A stretch of DNA of 64,000 bases from Amphiscolops sp. MND2022. Lineage: Eukaryota. The stretch spans positions 44,642,001 through 44,706,000 of the forward strand of contig OZ076409.1 in assembly GCA_964187785.1 (NCBI GenBank), read 5' to 3'. Shown here piece after piece: positions 26,001 through 39,189 of this stretch. The notes under the pieces were generated by a model, which was not told where the DNA came from, ran no database searches, and saw only the letters and a list, made by a program, of their open reading frames with translations. Position 1 is the first letter of the stretch. Each line of letters begins with the position of its first letter. Made by a program: the position numbers and the translations under genes.

Positions 26001-29000
26001 TCGAGCAGTTTGTTGGAGTGCATAAATTACGCAAGTTGGTGAGTCTTTCGCTCCAAAAATATGCCTCTGACACTCGTAAACTTCTGGTTCTTCAAACTAG
26101 TTGTTTGTCCAAAGAAAACGAAGATATCGGCGATCTTGGGCTCGCACACCGACATGCATAAACATGCTTCCTATGTCGGCCATTAAAAGAACTGGTTTTT
26201 CGCGACATCTCAGAAGGATGCCAAGTAAGCTTCCCAACAAATCGGGTCCTCGAAGGAGTTGATCATTTAGGCAAACACCGTTCATTTTTGCTGCGGCGTT
26301 AGATATTCTTCTAACTTTTCCGGGCTTATTGGGGTTGACTAATCCATAATGAGGAAGTAACCATTTTGTTTCGTGATGTTCTTCAGGAGGAACTTTTCTG
26401 ATGTAGTCTTTCGTGATGTCACCTTCGATACCTGCTTCATAAGTAGTTTTTAGATCAGGTGTCTTGTTAAGGCATGCAACAAGAATGCAAGATGGCGTTC
26501 GGCGTAGAATCTGTTATTGTGAAGTTGGCTGTCGTCTCTCCACAACAAACCTGTTTCGTATCTACCATCAACTATGTTGCAAGTTTTTTGAAGTATTTCT
26601 TGAGCTCTTTTATCTTCTTGGTTGTCGTTGGCGTCAGTTTGGCATGTCCCGTATGAGTCTCTTTTCCACCAATTGAGAACTGCGTCGTACAAGTCTTCGT
26701 CTCTGCTTCGCACTGTTGACAGAAGAAACTTTCCATGGACGTTGCTATTGGATGGGGTCCGGCAATGGACCATCCCAGCTTGGTTTCCACGACTGTTGGT
26801 GCGTTCGGTGGACCTTCTTTGACACTCCTAGCGACTATTAGCGATTATAGATCGCATCCAATAAGAACTTCAACTTGAAGATCAGCGAGTGTTGTCAAGG
26901 TTATTTCATTTAGATGGGGGTATTTTCTGATGATGTCTGTTGGATTCTCTTCCAATTTTGGTAACTGAAAATCTTCAACTACCAGAATGTTTTGACATTT
27001 GAAACGTTCGGAATCGTTAGCATCGGAAATTTGAAATTGGACTGTCTTGGTAGAGTGGTTCTTTTGACTATTGAATCCTCTTATGATGACATCTCAAGTC
27101 TCCATGGGTTTTAACTCTAACATTTTCGCCAACTGGGGTGACATGAAGCTGCTAGTGCTCCCACTGTCCAATAGTGCATAGACAGTTTGCTTTTGTGATA
27201 GGCTGTGCACGGTAACCGGCACTACTTGAATAATGGCTGAACAGTTAACTTTTGTTGTGAAGACTTCGGCTTCATTGTTCGTTCTTGCCTGCTGGTTGTT
27301 GCAAAAGTTAACCGAGTTGGACTTAGGCGCTGTTTTCTCTCGGTGAAGAAGTGTGTTGTGTCGTTGGTTGCAATTGTTGAATCTGCATGTGGATTTTGAT
27401 ATACAATCTTTCAACAGGTGATTTTGGCTCAAGCAGTTCTAACAAAAACCTAGCGCTTTTACGTTGACATGTCTTTCTTCGGGAGACATCTTTTTGAATT
27501 TTTCGCATTTGAAAATCTGAGGCGAGCAGTCCTTCAAAGGACAAAAAAGTTCGGGGTGATTGTCTGCACATTGCAGTCGTTGTTTTGGAATTCTGAACAA
27601 AAAGTACCTGATGAGTGGCAGGGTGTTCAACGTTTTGTTGTTCAACTTGAAGTTGCTCGTATGCTTCGGCTATTGGTTGAATCCAGTCACTAAGTGTTGA
27701 CAGGTTTGGCTGTTCAATCTTTTCTTTAACTAAAAACTGTTGCCACTTCACTGCGTCCGGAAACGGCAATTTGTCTGTGGCGTGCTTCAAATTGGTTGTT
27801 GAGTATAAATCGGCAGTGAAATTATGAGCTTCGAAAACCCCTAATATCGTCTTGATGAAGAAGGAATCTTTGATGTACGTGTCAGGTCGATTGGGTATAG
27901 GGGGAAGGTGCTGTATCAATTGTTGGATCATTGTTCCAACAATCACTGTAGGTCTGCCAAAACGATGTTTCAGCTCGACAATAGCTTCTTCGTAATAATT
28001 GCCATCACATCCAAAAGATTGGATGACTTCATTGCACGGCCTTTGACTAAACCTTACAAGTATGCAATTTTTTTTACTGCTGCTCAGGGGGCTTGTCCAA
28101 TCATGAACTGAAAGCGACTGTTCCAGTCTGTCCACTTTGTCGGATCACCATCAAACGTATCCAAATTGATTTTGGGTAGAGCATTCCGGTACAAGTAGAA
28201 CTGTGAGTCATTCCGTTGTGAGACACCAATGTTACCAATACTTGGCACTGAAACTGTTGGTATTTCAGGTGCTGCTGATTGGTATGCTGAGGAAAAACTG
28301 GCTGCGTTGGCACTTGGTAGCGAAGCTGCATGGACTTCGACAACTGCTGGCCTAGGCTGAGAACCAGTTAGCTGTTGAGAATGATCACATCTATTGCTGA
28401 GTTCAGAATGTGTGGTGTCCGGATTGTCAAGAAATTAAACTGGATCCTGACAAGCAGTGGTAGTATTTGACTGAAACGTTCCCTGGGTTCCTCGATTTGT
28501 ACAGTGATCTGCATTCAATGTTGAATCTCCCGTGAACGTTACTTGGAATGGGTTTGGAACTCGCTTACGCGTCTCGCTCAATTCTAGTGCTTTAGCCCTC
28601 AATTCATCACTCTCAATACAAAATGTAGTCAATTTTTGCACTATATTGGCATGTTCCGATTCATCTGCATTTGCAATCATTGAGTATGTCAACTCTTCAA
28701 CTGTTGCTAGTTGTGTCACCACATCTTTCTGATGTTGCTCAACGAGACTGAAACTTTTCTGTTCAATACTTGCATGGAATGATTCTATTAACGCGTTGAG
28801 TCTACTTGTAGCAACTGATAGTTTAGCCCTCGTGACCATTTTAGGCACTGGGGTTTTTTGCTTTGAGCCCATTTTGCAGTTATTATTTGAATTGATCACT
28901 AGCTCTCATTTTGTACTGCTCGTATATGACGAACATCACGTCGGGGTCACCAATAATTATGCGGGAAATTGATTAAATAGATTTACGAGCTAAACAAACT

Positions 29001-29280
29001 TAAATAATCTTGAGTTACGGTTGGTATCATTGAAATTTTAAGTACTTTTAGACATAACGAACAACTTAAGAATTCCCAACGAGGGGTGTGCTAAGGAACG
29101 GGCTCACCGGGTGTATGGATCTTTTGAAGAGAGCAGAGTCGTGGAACTTCAATTGCGGTCATTAGTTTCGTCTCATCTCATTGAAAGTATTCACAAATAG
29201 TGAGCAATCAAACACGCCGATTCATTGAATAATCAAAAGTCATTGAAGTAAATATAGTCATTGATGAAGTTTCATTGACA
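23081..29280 (-). mobile_element. BEL/Pao LTR retrotransposon (BEL-1), both LTRs present, coding region decayed
   Basis: LTRs 23081-23402 and 28958-29280, TSD cttct, PPT 23403-23420. Fragments of gag with Zn knuckles, protease (LLDSGS), RT (LNDQLLRGPDL), Pao RNase H (FCDAS, TIPKLEL) and integrase (AVHLE, SDNGTNF). Many frameshifts and stops. Confidence 0.96.
28935..28952 (-). promoter_or_regulatory. 18-nt tRNA-Trp primer binding site of BEL-1
   Basis: TGGTGACCCCGACGTGAT, the known tRNA-Trp PBS as in avian leukosis viruses, 5 nt from the 5' LTR. Confidence 0.9.
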
Positions 29281-30018
29281 CTTCTAAAGTGCTAGTCCAA
29301 ACCATTTTTTATTCAAAACATTTACCCTAAAGTTTGGCATACAGTATGTAGATAAATTTTCGGTTTTAGAAGAATTCTACGCAGCTTATGGTCGTTATTA
29401 TTGTGCAGTGAATGTACGCACTGATCGAATATCGAAATGTAAATAGTAAGTTTTACCCAAAAAGGGTCGTTCCTTTTCCCAACTCGAGCATTGTTGGAGG
29501 AAACTTACACAAAGTGTACCACATAGAAGATGTATCGCGCAGTGAAGTTATAAATCAATTTTTAGCGTTTTCAACAAACGCTTTGCTGAATTTGCCTTGG
29601 TTCGTAATTTTGAAAAGGAAAACAAATTGGGTGGATGAAGAATTGGATAAACAGTAGAACTATGACCTATAAAACCGTGAGTTCTTTTTGGACCTGTGAA
29701 ATTCTTCCAAATACTTCCACATACGCGTTTTTACGTTTCAAATATTACAATAAAACAAAAATTTGAGCCTCTCTGTTTTCGTTCAGTTTTTGTTTGGACG
29801 AGATTTCAGTTTCTTGAACATTTTGCGAATTTTAATTTTTGAGCCCAAATCAGGTCACCGGTTTTTTGCGGTCTCTTGATTTTCTCTTGATTTCATATTT
29901 TAGGTGCTCATGCTGATCTGATTAATTAAAACCTGAATATGTTTTTGATCTCACCTAAATAAATAACTGAACACCTTAGACTGAATAGAAATCTGAATAG
30001 AAAACTGCTACGCTTCAG

Positions 30019-30167
30019 ATTTACAGCTGGAGACAATAACACAGACACTAAACACGGTGAGCTTCACTGTTAAATACGATTCAACAAGCTGGCCTATCGC
30101 AGATGTTACAACAACTTACTCCGTAGACAATGGAGGAACAACATCGTTATCACATGACGGAGCAGAT
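30019..30167 (+). CDS. Host FN3 gene exon F (first half of domain, phase 1-0)
   Basis: cttcag|...|gtgagt, 149 bp, LQLETITQTLNTVSFTVKYDSTSWPIADVTTTYSVDNGGTTSLSHDGAD. Confidence 0.8.
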
Positions 30168-30250
30168 GTGAGTTGTATAGATTATTCGATGATTTAAATG
30201 CAACGAAACCTCGCTAATGTGCTTCGGTAAGACTATAGTCGAACAAAATA

Positions 30251-30302
30251 TCGAACAAAATATAATCATTTATCTATAGATAAATGATTATATTTTGCTC
30301 GA
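30251..30302. repeat. 52-bp AT-rich spacerless palindrome
   Basis: tcgaacaaaatataatcatttatcta|tagataaatgattatattttgctcga, one mismatched pair. Confidence 0.9.
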
Positions 30303-30556
30303 TCCTCACTGAGAATGCCAATAGATTAATTGGGATATTCAAAATTTCTGCAAGCATTATGAAATTCACTCAGAAATAAACTGATCACAACAGAATAAAG
30401 TTTCCTTTCCAACATTAAATTGTTCAGGACCAGACGGTTGAGCTTCCGGTGGTCCACAGATAGGCGACCAGTGGAATATTCATGGCCCACCGGTGAGATG
30501 GATTGTATCGCTCACCTATGGCCCACCCATGGCTACCGTAAAATTCGTCGTGACTA

Positions 30557-31510
30557 CCCAATGTAAAATATCTTGAAACTCTTGCCAAGATCTTGGATTT
30601 TCCCGCAAATTCCCGATACCTCTTGAAACCCTTGATAAGATCTTGTTTATTCTTGCTTGACACAAAACTCTTGAAATTCTTGATAGGAATCTTGGTAAGA
30701 GTCTTATCAAGAGTGTCAAGAAAATAAATAACTTGTAAAACAAACAACAATTTTGTTTACAAGTTTTTGCTGTTGTTCGCACTACCAGCTACCAGGGATT
30801 TCAAAGATTCACGCAAAATCATTACTAAAAATCACGCAAAAAGGACTCAAAATTCACGCTTAAATCACGGAAAAATCAGTTCAATACATCAATTATTCGA
30901 TGGTATAAATTACAATTTTGATGCATTAACATACAAAAAAAGTAATTGTTTAAGATGTTCTTCAATGAGCCTTGATCTATCATCTTGTAGAAGTTTGTTG
31001 TAATACGAAAAAACCCTTTCCACAGGAGCTGAAGAAGATATGATGAATGCATGATCCATGGCAATATTTGATAGCGCTGGAAGAGTGTTTTTTTGACCTC
31101 TCGAGAAGTCATAAACAGCCTGAACACGCATTAGTTTGTTAAAATCACGCTTAGTTTCATTGAATCACGCGTTGCAGACGCTAAATTCACGCCGTGAATC
31201 TTTGTGGTAGAATAGGTACGCTGATCAAGCCTAAGTTGGCGTGGGTTTTTGTTTGTTTTCATTCACTTTTGTTAGCTTTTCTCTTGAAACTCTTGGCAAG
31301 ATTCTTGGCATTTCTCACATTTTTCCGGATTTCTTGGGCAAGATTCTTGGTTTTTCCTGGAAGGTTTTTTGTACTAAAAACACTTTTTCTGCGTTTTCTC
31401 AGTCGAAAAAATTAGGCGTTTTTCTTGAAGTTCTTGGCAAGATCTTGCAATATCGTACATATTCTTGGCGCTCTTGGTAAGAATCTTGTCAAGATTCTTC
31501 CCTAGTCGGG
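30557..31510. mobile_element. MITE-like DNA rich in caagat/ttcttg repeats, surrounding the hAT fragment
   Basis: Dense cttggcaagattcttg-type motifs at 30570-30720 and 31290-31500. ccc/ggg at the ends, but the TIRs do not match well. Confidence 0.5.
30789..31210 (-). mobile_element. Non-autonomous hAT derivative retaining the C-terminal dimerisation domain
   Basis: LPALSNIAMD...SSSAPVERVFS...DDRSRL...LLFLYVN (30910-31131). Inverted ends caaagattcacg / cgtgaatctttg and tcacg subterminal repeats. Confidence 0.8.
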
Positions 31511-32749
31511 ATTGCTTGAACTTTTTACATGCTGCATGGAAACATGCAGGCTAATTTTTTTATAAAACATGGAAAATTCCGGGACCGTGCATGGAAACAT
31601 TTTGTAGGATTACAATGCAGCCTTCACTATTTGAATTAAAACTGAAAACATTTCCACTTCTTCACCGCAGCGATCACTTTGTTTTCACGCGTAAGTTTCT
31701 CATGTAAGTACTTTATGTAAACACCGTTAGCCAAATAGCACGCTGAATATGACGCTACTTTGAAACTAATAATGTGACTGAAATTTGTTTGCATTGAAAG
31801 CAAGTAAAATTGAAAAGCAGTAAATTGAAAGTGGTAAAATTGATTATGGTCTCAGCTGCTTTCAAAATTAGAACGGCGTCTTTATGAAACTTGCAAAACG
31901 TCGCGGCGCAGAATTGCCGCAACATTTAAGATGCATTTTATAGGCAGCTTGATAAAATTAAATCGAATCAGTGAAGATTTAATGCATGGACATTTCTTTG
32001 AGAATTTTATAAAATCATGGAAAATTAACCTACAAAAACATGTTGAAAATTCAAGCAGTTCCAACCAGGGTAATGAACAACGCGCTCCATTACAACGCGC
32101 TACATAGCATGAGCTGAGGCGACATAGCGAGATCCAATCAAAATTAACTAGACAGCCCAGTTTGAATTTCTCGAAAATGCGGGCTGCGGTTCGTCGGTTT
32201 GCAGTGCAGATTGCGTGCTGTGGTCTAGCGGTGCCCAGCCCAGTCCTTATCTATTCAAAACGATCGAATTATGTGCTCATTACTCTGTAGAGAAATTTCA
32301 GTGAAGCAATTTTCAATTTCTTTTTCAAAGCTATGGCTATTGAATACTAATTATGCTATTGCAACTGTTGTACATTTACTCTCCCGGAAGTACCTGAACC
32401 ACCCAAACAATACATTGTTCACGTGAAATTAACAGCAGTTTCACTTTGAGAAATTTGATCCACTTTTTGTTACAAGCCTTTAGAGGTCGCTACATTTTTT
32501 CGCCTTTCACTCAGTGCCCTGAAAAAGAACAGAAAGTTCCCAAAAGGTTACCAGACCAGACATTGGAGCAAAAGCTGTAAAAATTGCAAATTCGAATCCT
32601 AAAAAATCGCTGCAAGTTTCAGTTTTCATCAAAAAGTGGGGAAAGCGAAAAGTTCTGTTTTAATAATTCAAGTCTTATCGTGTTACCGTATATTATCACC
32701 TGGTTAATAGATCCTAGTCATGTTGACTTTCTGACTTGTGGTTCTGAAC

Positions 32750-35700
32750 TTTCTTTATTCATGTTTTAACTTCCCATTAATTCAGTTTTTATTGCTGAAT
32801 GGCCTTCGTGAAAGAGCGTAATTACTGTTTCTCAAAATGATTCGGGGATTTTTAGCTTGTCGTCAAAAAAGATTACCGCAAATCTGTTGTTGATAGCATC
32901 TTTGGGGATAAAATTTTTATCGAGATTTGTTCAAACGTTCGCTTTTCCGGGCACACCAGGGATTTCAGCAATTTTCATCGTTAATCGTTCTTTTGGCGAT
33001 GGTAAATAAGTCCGTCAAAAATCTTTCCTACAAAAAACCAAAAGATTGGTTGACATTTGTGACATTTGTCATTCCAATTGCTTGTCCTTTAACGTGTAGA
33101 TGGCCTCTCCATTAGTTTATACCTGAAAGATGTCTTCAAAAATTATACTGGTACTGAAATAGTGTTTTGCGAATCGAACGATATGACTTCTGTTTCTTTG
33201 ATGCGAGAGATTTCTGGTTCTGGTTTGAGTGAGTTTCGACATGTTTTTGATCCTTTAAATTACTCTGAAGATTTCAATCTTCTTTCAATTTCCCCTTCTT
33301 GCTCACGGTTATTGTTTTCCATTCCCTTCCTTAGCAGTCAACTTCTTTTTGCGGAAGTTATATTTTAATTTTTTTATGCTTCGTTCTTAGTACAGTGTGT
33401 GGGTTGTTTTATATCCATTGTCCTTGTGAAATTCTGCAATCTCCTGGTTCAACTCTATCAATGGTCGCATTTGGTCTACTACTCAAATCTTTGTTACCAG
33501 TTAGATTGTTTGGATTATGAAGTTGGCTTAGTTAGTGATTTCTGATTTTGTTGTTGCAACGAACTGCGTTTATTGAGTTTGTTTTCACTCGTTTTTGGTT
33601 TGCACACCTGACTGGACTCTTATTGGCTGCTCTTTTGTTGTAATTGCTTTGTTTAATCCGTTCATGTTGATGACTTTCTTCATCGATAAGAATTTTGCTA
33701 TTTATAACAAAATTGTATTAGGAAGTTGAGCAACTGATGACGTTTTCTTCATCGTAAGTTTCACTTGGTTCTGATGTAAATGCCTAATTTCTGCTCACAT
33801 TTTCTGTTACCCCGAGGAGTGTTTTCCCGATATGCTTTTTTCGTATCGGAATGTGATATGGTATGTATGCACCTGGTTAATCTTGCGCAATACGTTTTTT
33901 TTCGATATGTTTCTATCAAGTAGATATTCTAGCGCTTAGTGCTCGGAAAAACATTCAATCCAGTTATCCGTATATGTATAATCCAAAATGTTCCAGTCCC
34001 CATGTCACTGCTAGTAGCCCCAGTTCATTCATTGCGTTCTTTTTTTTCGGTATTCGATCGAAATCTGCTGCCGAAGTCGATCGGTTTCACATTTTCGTCT
34101 TTTTGTCTTTGCCAAAATGTTGCTCTCAGTCATTTGCTACGAGTGACAGTTAAAAGAAATCTTTCGGAATTGGAGTCGTAGTATGTCAGGCAGGATAGTT
34201 GTAGTAGAAATTGTTTTAGTTTGCTAATTGCATTGGTGTATTTTTCATTCCAGTACCTTTCGTTTTCGTTTCTTCTAAAGTTTTCTCAGTTGACCCTTGT
34301 GTGCTGAGAGGTTTGCGATTTGCTTTGAAAGCTATGATATCACTCCATTGCAATTTCATTTGCTTTCTTTGCGATATTTGGTGGGCGCTTTTTTAAAAGC
34401 AGAGAGTCAACTATAGTCGTGGCTTTTCGTCAGTGTCTTTTTATACACATGAAGTGACCAAAATAGTTCTATCAAAAGTTCTACAAGTTTTTAAATTGTA
34501 CCTGTTGGCCAAAAAAACTGTTCGAAGGGCCCCTTCAATTTTTTGATGATTTCGACAGAATGGATGAAAAATCCCGAAACGTTCTACATGGTGGGCCAAT
34601 TTGGTCAAACTTTTGAGTTTTCCGTGTGCTGTAGAAGAGAATACATTGACACTTCGAAACTTTTTTGCTATTATAGAGCCGACCTGGTCCCAGCTTCTCC
34701 GTTTTGTAATTGCTTCCAATTTTTTCAACAGGTTTGATTCTGTCTTGGTCGATTTTGTGTCCCTCGCATTCAATCTTTTTTTGCAAAACTCTCACGTCTT
34801 TGAATGTAATATCTACTGTGATTCTATCGATTTTCGAAAGTTTCTTTTACTTTAACCTCGTGGTTTTCAGCATTCAGTTATTATTATAATGTCGCACAAC
34901 CAAGCCGGGTGTCTGAGTTCTAATACTTTGTCTATCCGTTTTTCCGTTTTGGAATTTTGGGTTCGTCCAGCAGTCAGTAGAATCCTTTGATAACCAGTAG
35001 TACCCGGTAAACTTTCCGCTTGTAACAGTGAATATGCACAGAGTTGCTAATTCTTAGTCCAGACCATATGCGTGACCCAAGTCCAGTATCGTTGTCATAT
35101 TTTTGTCGTATTTTCTCAATAATTTTAAAGATATACTTAACTTTGATTTTCCATGCTCTGCACTTGTGCTCTCCGTTTGACATTTCGTTTAGTTTACTTG
35201 AATTCAAAACAAAATTGGGTGACTAACCTGTTTTTCACTGTTATCAAAGCTCACAAAACAGTATTTCTTTTTTTCCTCATTCTTTCAAGTAATCTGTTTT
35301 CGATGACGCGTTTTAGTTCTGCAGCCACTTGGTACAGAAAAGAAAATAGTCTTAGCCGGCCTGATTGTTGTATTATGTTTGTCCCTCCTTTTAGGTTCAT
35401 TTTTCTTTTCGGTTTTTGTGTTGTTGTAGAACAACTCCTTGACTTTGGTTTTCATGTTGTGGATTTTAATGTTCTCCGTCGTTGGATCCAACGTATTTTT
35501 CATCGTTGTATCCATTTCAGTCTAAAAATGGTAACACTAACACTTGTGAGAATTTTAGTGGTGATGCGAGTGTCTCATTGTTTGCTTTCACAACTTGCTG
35601 TTGACTTTCTAATGAAATCAATTATTGTTATTATCGTCATCTGATCAAGATCGAGAAAGCAATCAAGAGATTATTGAAAGTATGGAAGTATCGGCGTCAC

Positions 35701-37550
35701 CGGTGAGCAAATATCGATTATGAATTTAAAATGAACGTTGTTAAAATTAACCTGATAGTTTCCAACTTCCCTTGGTTATTGTGTTTTGATCAAATTTGTT
35801 TGTAACTTTGTTTTAAAGTGTTGTATTGTTTTGGGTAAACGGCTTGTTTTCATTGCGTCCCCTCTTTTTGCGGGGGTCGTGGAGCCAAGACTTTCGGCTG
35901 GGCAGTTATGCTGTCTCATCCACTGTGATGCTCCGCATTGTCGAAATCGGTTGCCTCCGTATTATTTTAGACTTTAGTAGTCTGGTCGTTTCTTTGTTCG
36001 TTTCCCATGTTGAGCACTCCTTGTGAATCTGTACAGATCTGTACAGATCCTGACAGATATTCCAGGATTTTTCGAAAATTAACTAGTCGAAAAACACTTT
36101 TGAAATTGAAATTAGTTGAATAAAAAGTGCTCTACAAGATACACAGACCTCCTAGTTGAAGTTTTGAAAAATTTTTTCTGTGCGAATCTGTACAGATCTG
36201 TACAGATCCTGACAGATCTACCAGGATTGGTCGTAAATTAACCATACGAAAATGACTAATAAATTACTATAACGTATTCCAAGTTTCCAGCAATTACTAA
36301 AACTACTCCAGCTAACCCTGTTCCCGAAATATTACAACCACATTCCTTTATCAACACCTCTACCAACCCAGACGGTAGCCACATGTATAATTACATCCGC
36401 CAAATCGAAGTCAATATAGCAAACGAGCCTCTGAAAGTTGAACAACCACTTCTGGAAAGTTTAAGTTAAATAGATAAATTAGTGTATGACCAATACCAAA
36501 TATTCCCCAGACACCAAAATTACCTTGATGGGGACAAGTTTTCCTGCTCAAGAATTTTGAGTGATGGAGATTTTCAACTGACTGAGCCTTGGTCAGCAAA
36601 AATACTTGTTGAAGTAGCCCAAAAATGCAATACATTGTTTCCCAGAGGCTCCGCGAAAAAAATTCCTGAAAAATCTGTACAGAAAATCCTTGAACATCCT
36701 TAAAGATCCTTGCAGATCTGCAGTTGTCCTTACGTAGCAGTGGCACGATCTTTACAGATCCTCAAGGAAAAAAAGGCTCACAGATCTGTACAGATTCTCA
36801 AGGAAAGCTCAACATGGGTTATACTCGTTTTTTTCTCGACCAGTTTTCCGTTAATGGTCTTTCCCGCACAAGCTCGACAGGTTTTCCATCATTTGAAGTC
36901 TTCGAATCATCTAGTCGATCATGCATTTATTCTTGTATGAGATCTGTTATGGTTTCAATTGTCATAATACTTTCTCTCTTTTTTGATTCGTAGTCTCCGA
37001 TCAATGTTTCGTTTAGCGATAAAAACTTGATGCGAGGAACGCTGCGGACGTGATTTTGTCAAATTTACCGTATTTTGTCTGTAATATCCGATCCCGCACA
37101 TCCACAACAGCTCCGCGCTGCTGAAGAAATTTGCCCTACTGTGAAACTTCAGGATAAAATGTAACCGGAATAGCGACCACAACTGGGTAATACCAATTGG
37201 GTTAGGGCGTTGATTCTAACGGTTTTTGTCATTTCCTCTACCACAGCTTCCCCTAACGTCCAAATGAATTTATCTGATTTCTAGGTTGTCTGTGAGCTCC
37301 TCAAACATTTCTTGTCGTTGGTCGTTGTGTTCAAGTCTATTTTTAAAAATCCTTTTTACGTATGTATGAGTCTTCATCAGCATAATTTCGCCTCTTGTGT
37401 GATCTTCTTCTCGAATATTGGCAAGGGTATCTTTTGGTGTGTTTTCGTTTTCCGCCTTTTTTCTCCAACAACTTAACTTCATGAGCTTTTGCTATTATTT
37501 TCAATTGGGTTTTCTTTATTCGTCTTTAAGCTCATCTGTCTTCATGTTAA
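32750..37550 (-). mobile_element. Heavily decayed Gypsy remnant interrupted by younger repeats
   Basis: Manual translation gives WGLEHFGLYIYG (~34000) and KTYCARLTR (~33890), both RNase H-like, and FDDKLKIP..TVITLFHEGH (~32830), integrase zinc region. Gag-like debris towards 37500. Boundaries approximate. Confidence 0.6.
36004..36818. mobile_element. MITE with ~39-bp TIRs (CCCATGTTGAGC...), 2-bp TSD (tt) and an internal coding-like segment
   Basis: cccatgttgagcactccttgtgaatctgtacagatctgt is inverted at 36780-36818. ctgtacagatc subterminal repeats. Confidence 0.85.
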
Positions 37551-37980
37551 ATGGTGTAGAAAAGAATAAAAGATTAAAACTGTTTTCCTTTCGCTAGTTA
37601 CGTAAGTGTAACAGTGAGATGATTCTAGGCAATGAAAAGATTGAGTGTATGCAGACAGGTACTTTAACTTCATGACCTATTGACACTGCCAATCTGTAAA
37701 ACGTATAGGGGACGACATTATATCATCACATTCTCATTCGAAAGTTCATGAGAAAACCCAGACTTTCAGCGAAAGGGACCTTTTTGTTGACAAAAACTCG
37801 ATTGAAGTTGTTGAATTTAGTTTTGTATCCAAAAATGATTGTCTAGACGTTTTGTCAAATGCCTGCAACACCAAGTGACTTGAAATAAGCATCAAAAAAA
37901 TTTCAGCGTGAAATAAAGCTTCGGAATCCTGAGTTGAATGATTTGATCTGAAAGACACCAAAACAGCCCACGTCTCTGAC

Positions 37981-38830
37981 TGTGATAATCCTCTACCTCA
38001 GAGTCCTCTTCTGATACTAGTGTTTCATCCAAGTTTGTTTCACTTCTATATAATGGCTTGGCTGGATGTCTAAGGACTTTCATTTTAGAGGCCTGGAGAG
38101 GATATTCGTCATCTTCTGAGCCTGAATTTTTGTTATACGATGCCTGTACTCCGATAGACATGTCAGTTTTGGATCCCGAAGGTTGTATGTTTTGTGTGTC
38201 TTTATCTTCAGACCTTGAATTTGTTACTGTTGATGCACTCTTGTTGGATTTTATCTCTTTCAAAATCGCGTCTAGTTTGTTCTCCATTTCTTCCCTCATT
38301 TTCATAATTCTATCATTGTTCTTTTGTTCAACGTTCTCAGTCCACACCTGAACTTCATTGCTTATTTGATTGGGCTGTACCAATTGTGGCCTAATTTCGC
38401 TCTCACTAAAGATTCTTGAACATTAGAATTAACATTAGTTAAAGTATCGTTACCTTGATTTGGAGTTTCTACTTGTGTTTCTCTCAAATCCCTTCCAAGG
38501 GAAGTGGTTTCCAATCTTCTGGACCTTCTATTTCTCTTGTTTACCATCTTACTCAAGTGAAAAAACGTACTTCCGATGTTGGGGAAGAATTTGAATTTAT
38601 TCGAGAGAATTATCCAGAGACAATTGAAAAATGAGACAAAAGATTAGCCAATAAGATTGCTTTCTCAAAAATCGAGTTAGAGATTCAACAACTGGTCAGT
38701 GAGAGAATTAAATCACGAATTATTGGTTTTTTGAGATATATCGTTTCGCAAAAATACAAAAGGATGAAAAGCATTTTTGCTGATATCACTATTTAAAGAA
38801 ACTAAAAATAGCACAACGTCAAAATCACAT
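37981..38830 (-). mobile_element. Solo or partial LTR with a gag N-terminal coding segment
   Basis: From ATG 38547, MVNKRNRRSRR...EEDSEVEDYH (one frameshift) ends at TATCACA (37981). TATA-like ~38790. Outer end and TSD not found. Confidence 0.6.
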
Positions 38831-38859
38831 CATTTTATTTATATCCTTCAATTTATGCT

Positions 38860-38989
38860 TTCGTGATATGATATCCTAAGAAATATCAATGGCTCTAAAA
38901 CCCTAGAAAAGCAATGCAAAATGATAGATGAAGCGTTCCAAACATTATTCAATGACATAGAGACACATGACTTCAAAATTGCTGAAAAT
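38860..38989 (+). pseudogene. Possible hAT transposase remnant
   Basis: YDILRNINGSKTLEKQCKMIDEA resembles the hAT WYDILxxINxxSKxLQ segment. Short and cut by the gap. Confidence 0.3.
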
Positions 38990-39189
38990 NNNNNNNNNNN
39001 NNNNNNNNNNNNNNNNNNNNNNNNNNNNNNNNNNNNNNNNNNNNNNNNNNNNNNNNNNNNNNNNNNNNNNNNNNNNNNNNNNNNNNNNNNNNNNNNNNNN
39101 NNNNNNNNNNNNNNNNNNNNNNNNNNNNNNNNNNNNNNNNNNNNNNNNNNNNNNNNNNNNNNNNNNNNNNNNNNNNNNNNNNNNNNNNN
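38990..39189. other. Assembly gap (200 N)
   Basis: Run of N. Confidence 1.
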
